Origin: Trichoplax adhaerens
Taxonomy: Eukaryota; Animalia; Placozoa
Length of the DNA: 64,000 nucleotides
Direction: 5' to 3'
Assembly: GCF_000150275.1 (NCBI RefSeq)
Contig: NW_002060944.1
Span: forward strand, 1,027,380 to 1,091,379
Positions 40,771 through 53,463 of this stretch are shown in pieces. The notes beneath the pieces were generated by a model. That model had not been told where the DNA came from. It saw nothing but the letters and a program-made list of their open reading frames with translations, and made no database searches. The stretch's first letter is position 1; each line of letters opens with the position of its first letter. The position numbers were made by a program, and so were the translations under genes.

Positions 40771-42352
40771 TTAAATATAGTATACTGTAATATAATATTA
40801 CGAATAATTAATTATACTTATATAAGAGTTAGATTTGCTATTTCCCTAGATAATTTTCTTAAATAGCCGGATTTTACAAATTTTAACAATTCTACATGCA
40901 GTATATGATCACTGAGTACTGCGTAATGAACAACATCCTAGGCGTACAGGAAGGGAAGATAGCCATATTTTATAAGATTAATCAGTATTATACCCTAATA
41001 CAGTCTTTTTTTACTTGCCTGTACATTAATAAGCAATATACTTTAGTGATTAAAATACTAAAGTAAAGGAATGATTAAAATGTTAATAAATACAAGAATG
41101 AACTATATGAATTGAATGATGAATAATAAATTAGCAAATCAATCTAACTGATTGAGTGCAAAAGCACAAGCATAGACAGACTGTGAAAGTAATTAGCTTG
41201 AAGGTGGTAATAGGGAACAATGGAAGAAGCCAAATAATAGAGATACATAAAATTGTTTATCTGTTCATTGAAAGTTTCGACTACAACAGGACCATAAATT
41301 AAAATTTGACCAATAAAATTTGATGTATGAAAAAAAGTCTTATCACCATTCAAGAAACTGTCTTGCTCTGTATAATTTAATTATATCAAGAAAGGAACAT
41401 TGAGACTATTTCCTGATATCTTGTAATACAGGCATCAGAATTTTTTATTGCTGTGTATTGAATTAATCTTTCACAGAAAATTCAAAACGTTGAAGGTTAC
41501 GTTTGTATTCTGAAATACAACAAACCTTTCAATGCCATCCAACGCTATACAACAATTTATAGCTACGTAAGTTATCCCAATAGGACTAATTATAAAGGTT
41601 AATTTCCTTTTATCTGTATTACACCTTTCAGTGCTATGAAAAGCAGTACAATCATGATTGTGAATGGATTTGGATGACAAGGCTGTAGAGCTAAAATTAA
41701 TGAACCGTAACAAATTAAGAAACACTTTTGTGTTTTTTTTTCTATTTAAAGGGGTTAAAGGAAGGTATTGAGGAAACAAGAAGAATGGATACATCAAAGA
41801 TTAGTCATATTATATTTAACGTAGCCATAATATCATTCAATGGGTACAACTCTAGTTTAGGCATCTTGGCCTTTTAGCATGATTAAAGTGTATTCTATGC
41901 CTACTGGAATTCCTAGTTCGTTATGGTAATTTCTGGAACGGAATGCAGAATCCAAGTAATAACGCAATAAAGAATATTTTCAACATGTCTAATTAGTGAG
42001 ATAGGTAGTTTCCTGTCAATTTTAATAAAATTCTGAGTAGTGTTAATTAAGCTGCGCTCATAAATGATGCAATTTTAAGCAGGCTAGCATAGAATTTATT
42101 TTCTCAAAGCGTGCATTCGAACAATATCATGTTAAACAGAGTCATGAGATAGTTAACAATTGTCTGCAAGCAGCATTTTCACTTCAAGTATCGTAATCAA
42201 TTATTTAAAGCTACCAATTATATCCTTAAAATATTAGAGCATATGTTTTATTAGCCAAAAATAGACATAGTATTTGGAATAAATCAGTAGGTATTAATTT
42301 GGATAGTATAATCTTTACCCAGGAAGTCACCCTTTGCCCTATTGTGGTTTTC

Positions 42353-42911
42353 GCTACAATTATCATCTCAGCTCATTGTGTATTACTCCGTAAATTTCCT
42401 TCTAGATCAAACTTGCGTTTTTTTACTTACCCTTTTTATTTGGATTTACTAAAAATGATGAGGAATATATTGCTACGCAAAATTTGCGTTCTGATTTTTA
42501 TAGAATGGTACAAAATGTAAGATTTAAAAGAAGGGTTAAGAATTTTCCTTGTATACTGAAATAAATTGATTTTTTATAGTCTATGTCGAGATTCAATAAA
42601 AAATTACACTACAATATTAAGACTCATATTTTAGCTACAATTATCATCTCAGCCCGTTGTGTATTACATCATCAATTTCCTCCTAGATTAAACTTCCGGT
42701 GTTTTATTTATCCTTTTTGTTCGGATTCAGTGAAAATGATGGGGGATATCCTGCTACGCAAAATTTGCGTTCTGATTTTTATAGCATGGTGCAAAATGTA
42801 ACATTCAAAAGAATGGTCAAGAATTTGCTTTGGATACTGAAATAAATTGATTTTTTTATAATCTATTACGAGACGCAATAAGAAATTTTCTACGATATTA
42901 TAACTCATATT
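42353..42911. repeat. Diverged tandem duplication, ~281 bp unit
   Basis: GCTACAATTATCATCTCAGC...TGCTACGCAAAATTTGCGTTCTGATTTTTATAG...ATACTGAAATAAATTGATTTTTT occurs at 42353 and 42634. Confidence 0.9.
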
Positions 42912-44886
42912 AAAGAAATGCCAAATAACCACAAAGAATGGCCTAATAAGAGTACGTTGGTTTATAGTAGAATATGAAATATAAAGGAGCAGTGATCTAC
43001 GATTAGTGCTATAATAAATTATGCAATAGACTTAGAGTTCAAGATTAAGCAACATTTTAATTAGGAAAATAATACTCTAAAATTGATTCTAAGCAATTGA
43101 AAAAAAGAATAGGGAAAGTTTTCGCTTGGCGCTTTCGAATTAATCGTACAAATTACTAATCAGGCCATTAGCCTGCTAGGTAAATATCTTGGTATTTTAT
43201 GTACTCTGCCTCGCTAAAATGTATTAGATGATAAATGCATCAAAAGATATTAATCATTTGTTATGGTGATGGAGTAAATAGAACAATACGAGTAGCCGTA
43301 CAATATGCGATATGACAATTTTCGAACAAAATTCTAACATCTGGCCTATTCTAATCTATTATAATAACGTAAATAAAAGCCTGCTAACTTGATTCTTAAA
43401 CACAAGGGATGAAGTTTAAATAATGGGTTCAGCATTATCAGATTGTTATTTACAGTATAAATTTGATTTTAATAGGCAGATAAGCTGCTAAAGTGTCGAA
43501 CTTTTTTTATAAGGGAAAAAGACTACTGATATGACTTGGGCCGATCATAACAACGGTAATTATTCAGTATCCACATTCATTTATAAACTCTAGCTGTACT
43601 CCATTATACCCATGCACAAGTTGCACATTCAATCTTAGAGAGTATTTTATTTCTAAATAACATCTCAGTTCGCAAATTATAGACTAAGATGGATTAAACA
43701 ATATTACAAAAATTATGATAGCATTTTATAAATCAACATTATTATTATCAATCGGTGCCTGTAATGTAAAAGCAATCGCTACCAAAAAATATATTAAAGT
43801 CAACTTTGTGTACCTCTTACAAGGTTAATCAAATTCATTCTAGGTGTTTCAAAGTAAAATGATTACTTCTGAGATCATTTTCACCTATATATAATGATTA
43901 TGTGATATAACAGAAAGGAATTTTCTATCCTAACGTCAGTTAAAGAAAAATATTGCAAACTTATCCTATCATCGTTTACGTTAATTGCAAAATAGTTAGA
44001 CACGCATTATTGTCTGCTCCGTATAAATTAAATTCTTCTTTATGAAAATGATTTAACATAGCCAAAGTGGAACAAATAGTCAAAAATACCAATATGAATC
44101 AGCTGCATGATAGCTACAAATGAGAAATTTTACATGAAAAACCGGTAATTGCTGGCAATGCAAAAAAGTCAACTGATAGTACAATAACATAGTGATACAA
44201 AACATTTTTCAAGAATAACTTAATAAATTGAGCTGTTGCGATTGCCTTTCAATTATCACTTATAACATTTACAAATCATTTGCTAAGAGTGTACAGAGTA
44301 TTCTTGCAAAATAATAATTTAATATAATATAATGGCGTAAAGCGTTGAACAAACGATAACATGATGATAAAGGATTAAAATATCAACGTACAGTCAAGAG
44401 CTTTCATTGAAATAATCTCTTTTGCTTCATAATAGTGTACCCACTGAAAGAATCACCGAACTCATACTGGGTAAACATTGACATTGCCTGCACATGTGAA
44501 TGAAATTATGCAAGAAATATAATTAATGCAAAAATCAGATCAAGATTTAACGTAATTAGATCAGAGGCTCCACAAGAGATGATGTCGAGATAGAAAGATA
44601 CATGGACTTTATCTTCTTTCCTGAACTTGTAACGATCTACTATATGCATAACTATAATTTACAGCCAATGATCGGATTGAACGAGCTGAAACAACTGCAT
44701 ATTTAAAAGTCATCACGGTCAAGGAGAGTAAAGCTTGTTCTTAGTACACTCTTCTATCTTGCTTTAAATTGAATTATTTAATGATATACTATATGTATCT
44801 ACATAATAAGGAGTATTACAACAAGCAAGCAGATGTTGTAATACGTTGGCTGTTGACATTTTACCGGGGAGATGAGAATTTTTGTT

Positions 44887-46020
44887 TTATAACTGATACG
44901 GGCCAGCACTATCAAGGCGTTCAATTTGATCAAATCGAGAGTAGTCAATATTTAATCGACCATAACGATCTCTTGAAGCAATATTTTGAAAATAAGAACC
45001 AAAAATAATTTCATGAGGTTTATAGGAAGTTCGATATTGCGTTGTCTGTCCTGTGCTTTCAACAATGCCTTCAATAATGACAACCAGTTCGGCATTTTTT
45101 GCAAATAAATCATCGGCGGTCATGTCATGTAATGGACTTTGCCCATCAATAGGATGGCATACGACTAACGGAGTTAATAAATGAATGTAGCTAGGTTCAA
45201 ATTCAATTAAAAAGGGTTCATTCATGAGAATTTCACCTTCTTTAGTAATAGTATCTTTATATAACAGTCCATAAATCTGAACTTCACAGATCGGATTTCT
45301 TCGCAGATCGCCGATACGAATCATTAAATTGAGGACATCATTACGCAAAGAAACAACAGCTCGTTTACTAGCGGTCAATGTTTTCGTTCGATATTTCGCT
45401 TGAGATAACTTGGCGAAAAAAATGCCAAGTGCGAAAGAATCAATCAAGTATCCAAGAATGGTCTGCAATTGTAGTAGAAATATCCCTTCCGGACATTTTT
45501 GTGTGACAGCTCGTACACCATAACCAATTGTTGTTTGCGTTTCAATTGAAAATAATAATGATTCCCAAAATCCATCGCAATTTTGTACACACGGTGTATA
45601 ATTTCCTATGTGATGCCAGAGTTGATGTTGAGGTAAAAAATCGCCACGTAAATAGCCCATAATCCACCATAAAAAGCCAAAGATCCACCAACTGATAACA
45701 TAAGCAACAAAAAATACGATAACATTGGTTCTTATAGGAGCATTCATAATAGTAGTAAATAAATCGCGGCCATACCAAGACCAGCGATTGGGTACTTGTC
45801 GCTTGACATTGATAGCACCGTTTTTTTCAATTAATCGATTCAAAGTTCGATAATTGTGGCCAGGATTTTTTAGCTTGGTTCCGTTGGTGGTTAGTTTTAA
45901 ATTTGCATAATTAATGTCACTTTTATCATTCTTGGCTTTAAGTGTACAAGATGATGATGATGATGATGATTTATTCTTGGGATTATCTGTAGGGGAATTG
46001 TTGACTGCCTTGTTACTCAT
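44887..46020 (-). CDS. Inward rectifier potassium channel (Kir/KCNJ family), single coding exon
   Basis: RLIEKNGAINV, RDLFTT, TM1 ISWWIFGFLWW, PCVQN, LFSIETQTTIGYG (filter), CPEG, TM2, IRIGDLR, HPIDGQSPL, ELVVIIEGIVESTG, RTSY, IDYSRFD. First true ATG is at 46020; the ORF track uses a TTG at 46032. Confidence 0.96.
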   Translation of the reverse strand: MSNKAVNNSPTDNPKNKSSSSSSSCTLKAKNDKSDINYANLKLTTNGTKLKNPGHNYRTLNRLIEKNGAINVKRQVPNRWSWYGRDLFTTIMNAPIRTNVIVFFVAYVISWWIFGFLWWIMGYLRGDFLPQHQLWHHIGNYTPCVQNCDGFWESLLFSIETQTTIGYGVRAVTQKCPEGIFLLQLQTILGYLIDSFALGIFFAKLSQAKYRTKTLTASKRAVVSLRNDVLNLMIRIGDLRRNPICEVQIYGLLYKDTITKEGEILMNEPFLIEFEPSYIHLLTPLVVCHPIDGQSPLHDMTADDLFAKNAELVVIIEGIVESTGQTTQYRTSYKPHEIIFGSYFQNIASRDRYGRLNIDYSRFDQIERLDSAGPYQL

Positions 46021-47734
46021 CCTATCGTACAATACAACAATTGATGATGTAGAATGGTGTGTGCTGTAGCCGTGTAATTTCTTCCTCCTCCTCCACCTCT
46101 ACAGTATCTAGTTCCTTTCCCTTTGCTATCTAGATAATTGCTTTGTCTTCTTTCCAATCCAAATCACAGTTGTTCAGGATGTCTTGAATGGTATTGGGTT
46201 AATCTTGAAGGCAAAGGACATTCGTTACTTCCGTTCCTTTACTCACTGGATGAATTCAACTGCAATCTCAAGTGGATAGAGTGGTTTTTTTGGGTGTGAT
46301 TCTTCTTGGATTTCTTGACTACCGAAAAAGTCAATTTCCGCCTTTTCTAGCTAATAACAAGGATCATTTAACTTGCAATCCAAATCAATTTTCCAAACAC
46401 TTCTTCCGGATAAGTTCAGCTAATTTGTTTTGGATAATCCGCCCAGCGTTAAGACCATCCACGGACTCGGTGGGACCACAGTCTGCGATTGAATACTAAT
46501 TCCTTCGTTGGCACGAGTGAAGCAAAGTCAAATGACGCCCTAACGTCGGTAGAAGCGTCGTTTTGTACTGGCTGCAGGTCAACCTTGTGTTGTGGTCAAC
46601 CTTTACGTATGACAACAGCAACGCGCCATCAATGACTATGATACAGTCCTGAATAGAGAACAGTCACCCCATGTCAACATCATTTGTATGAAAAACAATA
46701 GCACCAACAATAGCTATAATTCCAAATCAATAACATTGTATATGACGTAAAGCATTGAGGTCTACGCTACTGTGACGTACCATACGCATCATACTCAACG
46801 ACTAGTGGATTTCACCACCACTCATTTCGACTGTACGATCGCCATCAAGTAACAAGTGCTAGCTTGGATTGTCACTACGATTCTACAGGGAGTGTATACA
46901 CACCAATGCATTTGTTTGCATGCGGTATATTTCTATATTCTACAGAGACAATATACATTGTTGGTATATGTTGTAGAATAGAATGAATGAACGAATTAAT
47001 TAGAAATGTCACAGGGAATATTCAACAAGAAAATTCATTTTGTCAGGATTGCTCAATGCTCACTGGAAACTCTCTTAGGTCTCCACCTCTAGTGCTCACT
47101 GGCTGGTACTACCAGGGGTGTAGTCGGCAGGCTTTCATGGCTATTCTGTACTTTGGTAAATAGAAAATTCCACATTGGACCTGCGTACGGTATAGTGTCG
47201 TCGACATATGCGTGCTTTGTCGCGATAAAACATGACACAATATTGGACTGCGATACTATCCATTGCAGGCTGGCAGTCTATTTATGCAATTACTTTATAG
47301 GACGCTATTGGACGAGTATCAATGGTACCAAGGACGATGATACCAACTACAATTGTACTGTCAGATAAAATAAAAATCATCATTCAACATTTCAATGCTC
47401 ATAATTGAATTTATTGATTGATTGAATTTAATTCAATAATATTGATTTTATTGAATTATCGTTTAATTTTGAGCTGTACAGACTGCAACCACTATTTACC
47501 ATATGGTAGCTTTGCAGTTAGACATAACCGTGTAACCATGTACACTAGTGTGCAGTTCTACAGCAACAGATTTGGCTTTCATCATGGTAAAAATGGCAAA
47601 ATTGTGATGTTGACAATTCAACACGTTGGCCATGGCGAACATGCTCCAGTGCAGTGACTGTTTATCTATAAACAGAAAAAAGAAATTGGCGCAGGCTCAG
47701 CAGGTACAGTGTAGCACGGTGCTGCGAGCGGCAG

Positions 47735-48385
47735 CGCTGTCAATCACTGTACGGTGAACTGTACAGTGAGTGTACTGTACACTACAGTACGGTGATTGAC
47801 AGTGCTCCCGAATCACCCGGATGTAATGTACAGTGTACACTTGTACAGTCCTGTACTGTACGTTAGGCCCAGCCATAATAACCCCGATTACTCAATTACT
47901 CAGATGCTGTACGTTCATGTTATCATGATAGTCTATCTTCGGAGATATCCTTCTATGGGTATGTATACAGTATATAAATACTATACTGGAATTTCAACGG
48001 ATTACTGCACAACTTTGATTTTTGAACGAAGAGGAGACATCGAAAATAATCAGATTGTAGAGTACTGTACTGTACTGTACTGTGATTGGCCGGATGCACT
48101 GTGTACAGTACAGTACTGTACGTTAAGCCCAGCCATGATAACCCCGATTACTCAATTACTCAGATGCTGTACGTTCATGTTATCATGATAATCTCTCTTC
48201 GGAGGTATCCTTCTATGGGTATATATAAATACTATACAGGAATTTCAACGGAATACTGTACAATTTTGATTTTTGAACGAAGAGGAGACATCGAAAATAA
48301 TCAGATTGTACAGTACTGTACAGTACAGTACTGTACTGTGATTGACAGTGCGCCCCGATCACCCGGATGCACTGTACTGTACACA
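47735..48385. repeat. CAGTA-rich region with a ~260-bp tandem duplication, upstream of B9D1
   Basis: CTGTACGTTA.GCCCAGCCAT.ATAACCCCGATTACTCAATTACTCAG...GAAAATAATCAGATTGTA occurs at ~47856 and ~48116. GATTGACAGTGC..CCG.ATCACCCGGATG occurs at ~47794 and ~48340. Confidence 0.9.
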
Positions 48386-48613
48386 TCGCGGGATCCGGGT
48401 GCGGGCTATTGTCATTCATACGGGACCGTAATTGAGGGAAAATTAGGGTGGAGATCAACTCCACCCTAATCATCGTGGCGCGGATCGACAGACGAATGGA
48501 CCAACGAAACACATCAATCAATCAATATACTGTAACTCTGTAAGTAAAATGGTACTGGAGCACAACGTTCAGAATTACCAAATGCGCATGGTCAGTGCAG
48601 TTTAAAATTGAAT

Positions 48614-48627
48614 GTTTCCATAGAAAT
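48614..48627 (+). promoter_or_regulatory. RFX X-box-like motif
   Basis: GTTTCCATAGAAAT, 37 nt upstream of the ATG of a ciliary gene; 13/14 match to GTTTCCATAGAAAC. Confidence 0.55.
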
Positions 48628-48650
48628 TCCAACTCCAATCATCAGCAGCA

Positions 48651-50355
48651 ATGGCGGCACCGATGAATTCTCCAGTATTTTATCTGTTTGTCACCGGCCA
48701 AATTGAGACTGCTTACGTAAGATGGAATAGTGAAGTTGAACAGCAGATTGATTAGTTTTGATTTCGTACCAATACCAATTTAGAATCATTCTTATCAATT
48801 GACTACTGCGCCAATGTGATAATTAATTCTTTTTATGCTATCGGTTAACTTTCGCACCGAAATAACATTATTACGGAATAAGTAAAATATCAGAAACTGA
48901 TAAAATTTCCCTCTCTTTTTTACCTAATGTTCATTTAGAGGATTATAAATGATAGTTGATATGAAAGAAGGGCATACTTTAACTTATAGAAATATCATTA
49001 ACTTTGGTATTAACGCTCTATAACTGCTAATGGTTGTAACTTCATAAAGATTCGTATGTCAAATAGATATATGACCCAATAAAAGCCAATTTGATATTAA
49101 TTACATGTATACCTTTTAATTCAGTTTCCAGAATTCAATGACCTATTCGCTAAATATACTTTTGTTTATGGCCAAGACTGGGTTGTAACAGCGGTAAGCT
49201 TCGCCATAGTACTTCATAGTCTCCTAGTTGTACGAAAAGACTACAGTTTTTTAAGTGTCATCTTTATACATACCACTAGAAGTACACGTAAAATTGGTAA
49301 CTTGCACTGTAAGTGTAACTTAGTGAACACAAGTCCGATCAAATGTTGTAAACTTCTATTCTAGATTATATTTAATATATTTATGTAAGCGTGATAAAGT
49401 TTAATTAGACTACTATTTCGCGATTTGTCGTATTATTACTTCAAATAGTTGCGGTAGAGATATAATCTTTTGAAGAGTTATTCGCATTTGTTTATTATAC
49501 TGTATGATGGACTAGGGACTAGAAGAAGGAATAACACAAACCACACGTAAGAGTTTCGATGGCAAGCAACTATTCATATGGAATTTCCCCTTAAATATAA
49601 CGTTCAAAAGCACTAATCCATTTGGATGTAAGTATAGTACTTTACCGAATCGATATCTCTTTTCAAAGTGTTGTATTTTATCCGGTTTGTAAATGTATTC
49701 CTTTATAACGCTAAGGGCCTCAGTTGGTGTTGAGCGTTTATGGTCAGGATGTTTTTGGTAATGATGTGGTCCGTGGAAATGGAGCAATTCACATTCCAAT
49801 ATCTCCGGGAAGGTGAAGTAGCCTTATAAATTTACGATATCATCTCCCTTTCGGTTTATACTTTTAGTCATCCATAACGGTAGTGCCTATTATTTGATAG
49901 TCATGTTCGTGAAGTGCCAATGTTTGTCCCAGAATCTTCATCGCAATTACAGAAATTGACTAGGTATGCCCACAATTAGTTGTAAAACACGCTTAAAAGC
50001 CAACAAAAATCATTTATATGGCTATTGTACAATTAGCTGGCTCCTAGGTCGAAGACCAGATTACGTAGATCCGACAATAGTAGCTCAAAGTGAAGGAAGA
50101 GAAGGTACACACTATATTAAAAGTATTAAAATTAACTGCAATAAATCCCTTCCCATACAGTCATTTAATATACATGATATTGCCTTTAAAGTAACTCGCG
50201 TACGATCTCAAGGCTCAATTAAAGTTATCTTCAATGTGAATATGATGGATTTAAGAACTATGGGCTACGACAATGGTGCAGGTTCTAGTATAACTACAAA
50301 TGCTACAACGCAAGCCAATACTACTCTAAATATGACAGCAACTACTCCTCGCTGA
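48651..50355 (+). CDS. B9D1: B9 domain-containing protein 1 (ciliary transition zone), 7 exons
   Basis: VTGQIETAY|[23 protein letters not shown]|[24 protein letters not shown]|[62 protein letters not shown]. Confidence 0.96.
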
Positions 50356-53300
50356 ATCTTTTATTTAAACTTAATTATAGTAAGAGTTATCTTGGACTTG
50401 AAAGTAGTATTATCAGCGTATAAGAATTTCGTTTAATTGGACTCAATATAAGATTGCTAAGCAATTAATAGCGTCATTATTTGCGCCTCTAATGCTACAC
50501 TCTACTGTATAGGATAATACATTTAATTACGAAATAAGTAAGTCTTTAATGCAGTTCAAATATATATGTAATTATATAATTATACACTACTGTTTGATAT
50601 CGCTACGAAGAAAATGTTATTCTGCTCCTTACCTTAAATATCAAATGATATGCAGGGATATGGTATTGCATATGGCAGCTATAGAACAAATGCGAACCTA
50701 ATTGTTTAATAGAACACAAGAGAATAATTTGTACGCTTACATTACATCGTCAAGGGGCTAAGTACACGATGTCAATGTAGTATTACTTCTTATTAAACTT
50801 TTCTATACCTACATTAAGATGCTATTATTGCCAATTACATGTAATCGTACAGATTTTCATCATATGTAGGTCGTAAATGGCATTTCCAATAATTTTATGT
50901 CTTATCGATTCGATATCAAGCACAATACATGTGAATTTTTCGTTTAAGCGATTTTGCATAATGTAAATATATGTTCAATACTGCATGTCTACGATTGATT
51001 GAGAATTAATTATATGCAATATCAGCGAGAAAAGTATTGCATTCAAAATTTGCACCTCTCAATCAACAAATAATTACTTATCATTCGAATACTACTTTGA
51101 ATTATCTCTATTGTAATATCTTTCAAGTTTAATTCCATCGATATCTAGCAAACACTTATTTAAAATGTTGTCTTGTGTATAATCAAGTATCCATTACTAT
51201 ATAAACTTTTATGATGTGGAAAATAACCTTGCGCTGTCTGGATTATAATTTGTTCACCTGTGCATATATTGAGTGGTCATTAAAAGAAATCATTTGAACA
51301 AGGTATCAGGAAAAATCGATTCTGGCATTACCTCTTCTAAATAAAATTTCATATAATTTAATTTCATCTGGAGTATTGAAATTATCGACTGTTTGAAAGC
51401 CTTATAGATGTGAACATGATTTATCTATTCAGTCACATAATAAAAATTTCATCTTTATAATAATTAATTTGTGTGATCGTCGAAGTAAACTAAAAAGTTA
51501 TAACCTTGGGATCCAATATTAGTTTGTGATATCTCTTTTGCTTATTTTATACTTCATCGATTAGTAAATTACAAAAGATTTTAATGCTAAAATAAGATTC
51601 ATAAAAATCCATTATGTAAAGATGACGATAAGTAATTAGTATAATACTAGCATAATTTAGTATGCTGTAATTAAGTTAATATCTTTAATAAATATCAAAA
51701 AATAACCAGAAACTTAGGCTTTTATAATTTATTTTGCAAGATTATTTTACGCTATTGTAAATTAGATTTAATACTCTAAGCTATTATGCTAGTAATATAA
51801 ATAGCGTAACTCTCAAATCTTAGCTATTTTCTAGCCTAAGTCAAACCTTAGACTCTTTATTAGTAGTAAGATAATATCTTTAAACCCTGGTAATTCACAT
51901 TAATGTACATTATGCTATTATATAGCATGATACTAATGTTTTAAACTTCGCGTCACGACCTAAGATAGTAATTCGTAAGTCTATTTTACAAAATTATAAT
52001 AAAAGTCTACAGTATATTCTATATTTGTACTATAAACAATCTTGCCAGCGTTGTTTAATCTCTAAAATTAGAATCTTGTTTTATACGATATTTGCTACTA
52101 AATAATTTAGGGCTGACTATAAGTTTGATTTTAGAGTGCAATAACCAATATCAATTATATATTAATATATGACACAATAAGAGGGTGGAAAGAAAATAAA
52201 TATTGTCTCTTAAAATTACGTTAGATACATACATACGCGTATATCTACTGTATATATTGTAAATATGACTATGTAAGGCTCATTTAGCAGAATTTTTTGG
52301 ATAGATGACGGCTTATATCATAAAACGTATGTTTTACATTGCAAAGTCTATACCCGCATATGAGCTGAAATTTCTATGGCAACGGATCTTGTCAATTTAC
52401 TTAGTTTCACTTATTATGAGAATTATATTATAATGATACGCGTGAACTTGATTATAATATCGCTAACTGCAATTTCCGTGGCTTCAAGCATTACAGTATT
52501 TATTCGTAAAATAAATTTACATTACTGATAACTACTATGAAATTAATCATTGAAAAATATGATGAGTAGGCATTCATCATTATATAGGGCTATTTTAGCG
52601 GGAAATTAACCAATAATTACAATTTTAAAGGAATAACTACATTACTTAACATTTCAGTATATAACTACCGGGAACGACAGGATTTATTTTAGTTCTTTTC
52701 TACTAATTATTCAATCCTATCTTATAGGCATGGGCTACTCGATTAAAAATTGTCCCCCTGCCCTACTTTGTTTTCAATACCGTAGATCACAGCATGCTAT
52801 AAATAAATTTATGATCCTACTCCCTCATCAACACTTTATGTTAACACAGGTATTCATTCATTGACGAACGATAATAGCAATTGGAAATACGAGTACTATA
52901 GAGGTAGAGTGGATCTCCATCGTTTCTTCTAATATTCAGAGTTTACTAGATACAGTAGTTTTATATATTATAGCTAGAGTAGTTGCTCAACAATTCCTAG
53001 AAATTGAAAGTACAGTATAATTATTCCTCCTCGATCGAGTAAGTGACTGTACAGCGTTGGATAAGCGTGCGCCTAATACAGTATTTGACCAGCTCTATCG
53101 ACCTGTTCACCACTCTGTACCAGTGAGAAACTAATTAAAGCCGCATCCTGCTCTTACGGTACAGTACAGATGAACTGTACAGTACAGTACTGTCCACTGT
53201 ATCGTATCGTGCTGAGTACTGTAGCAAACGCTGCCGTGGAAACAAATTTTGACTTGTTTACAGTTTCTGAATTGCAGATCTTTGCCCTCTGGTGCAACCT

Positions 53301-53463
53301 GATAGACATAGTCTGTTGTACTTTTAGCAATGTAGGATGATGATTAAACGAGCAATGTTGGTCAAGATTTGATCTAATTGTTGGCAGATTCCACATTTAC
53401 TTTCTGGATTAATGGACTGTTTTAGCTGTGCAAGTCCCACTTCTCCAACGAGTCTGTAAAATT

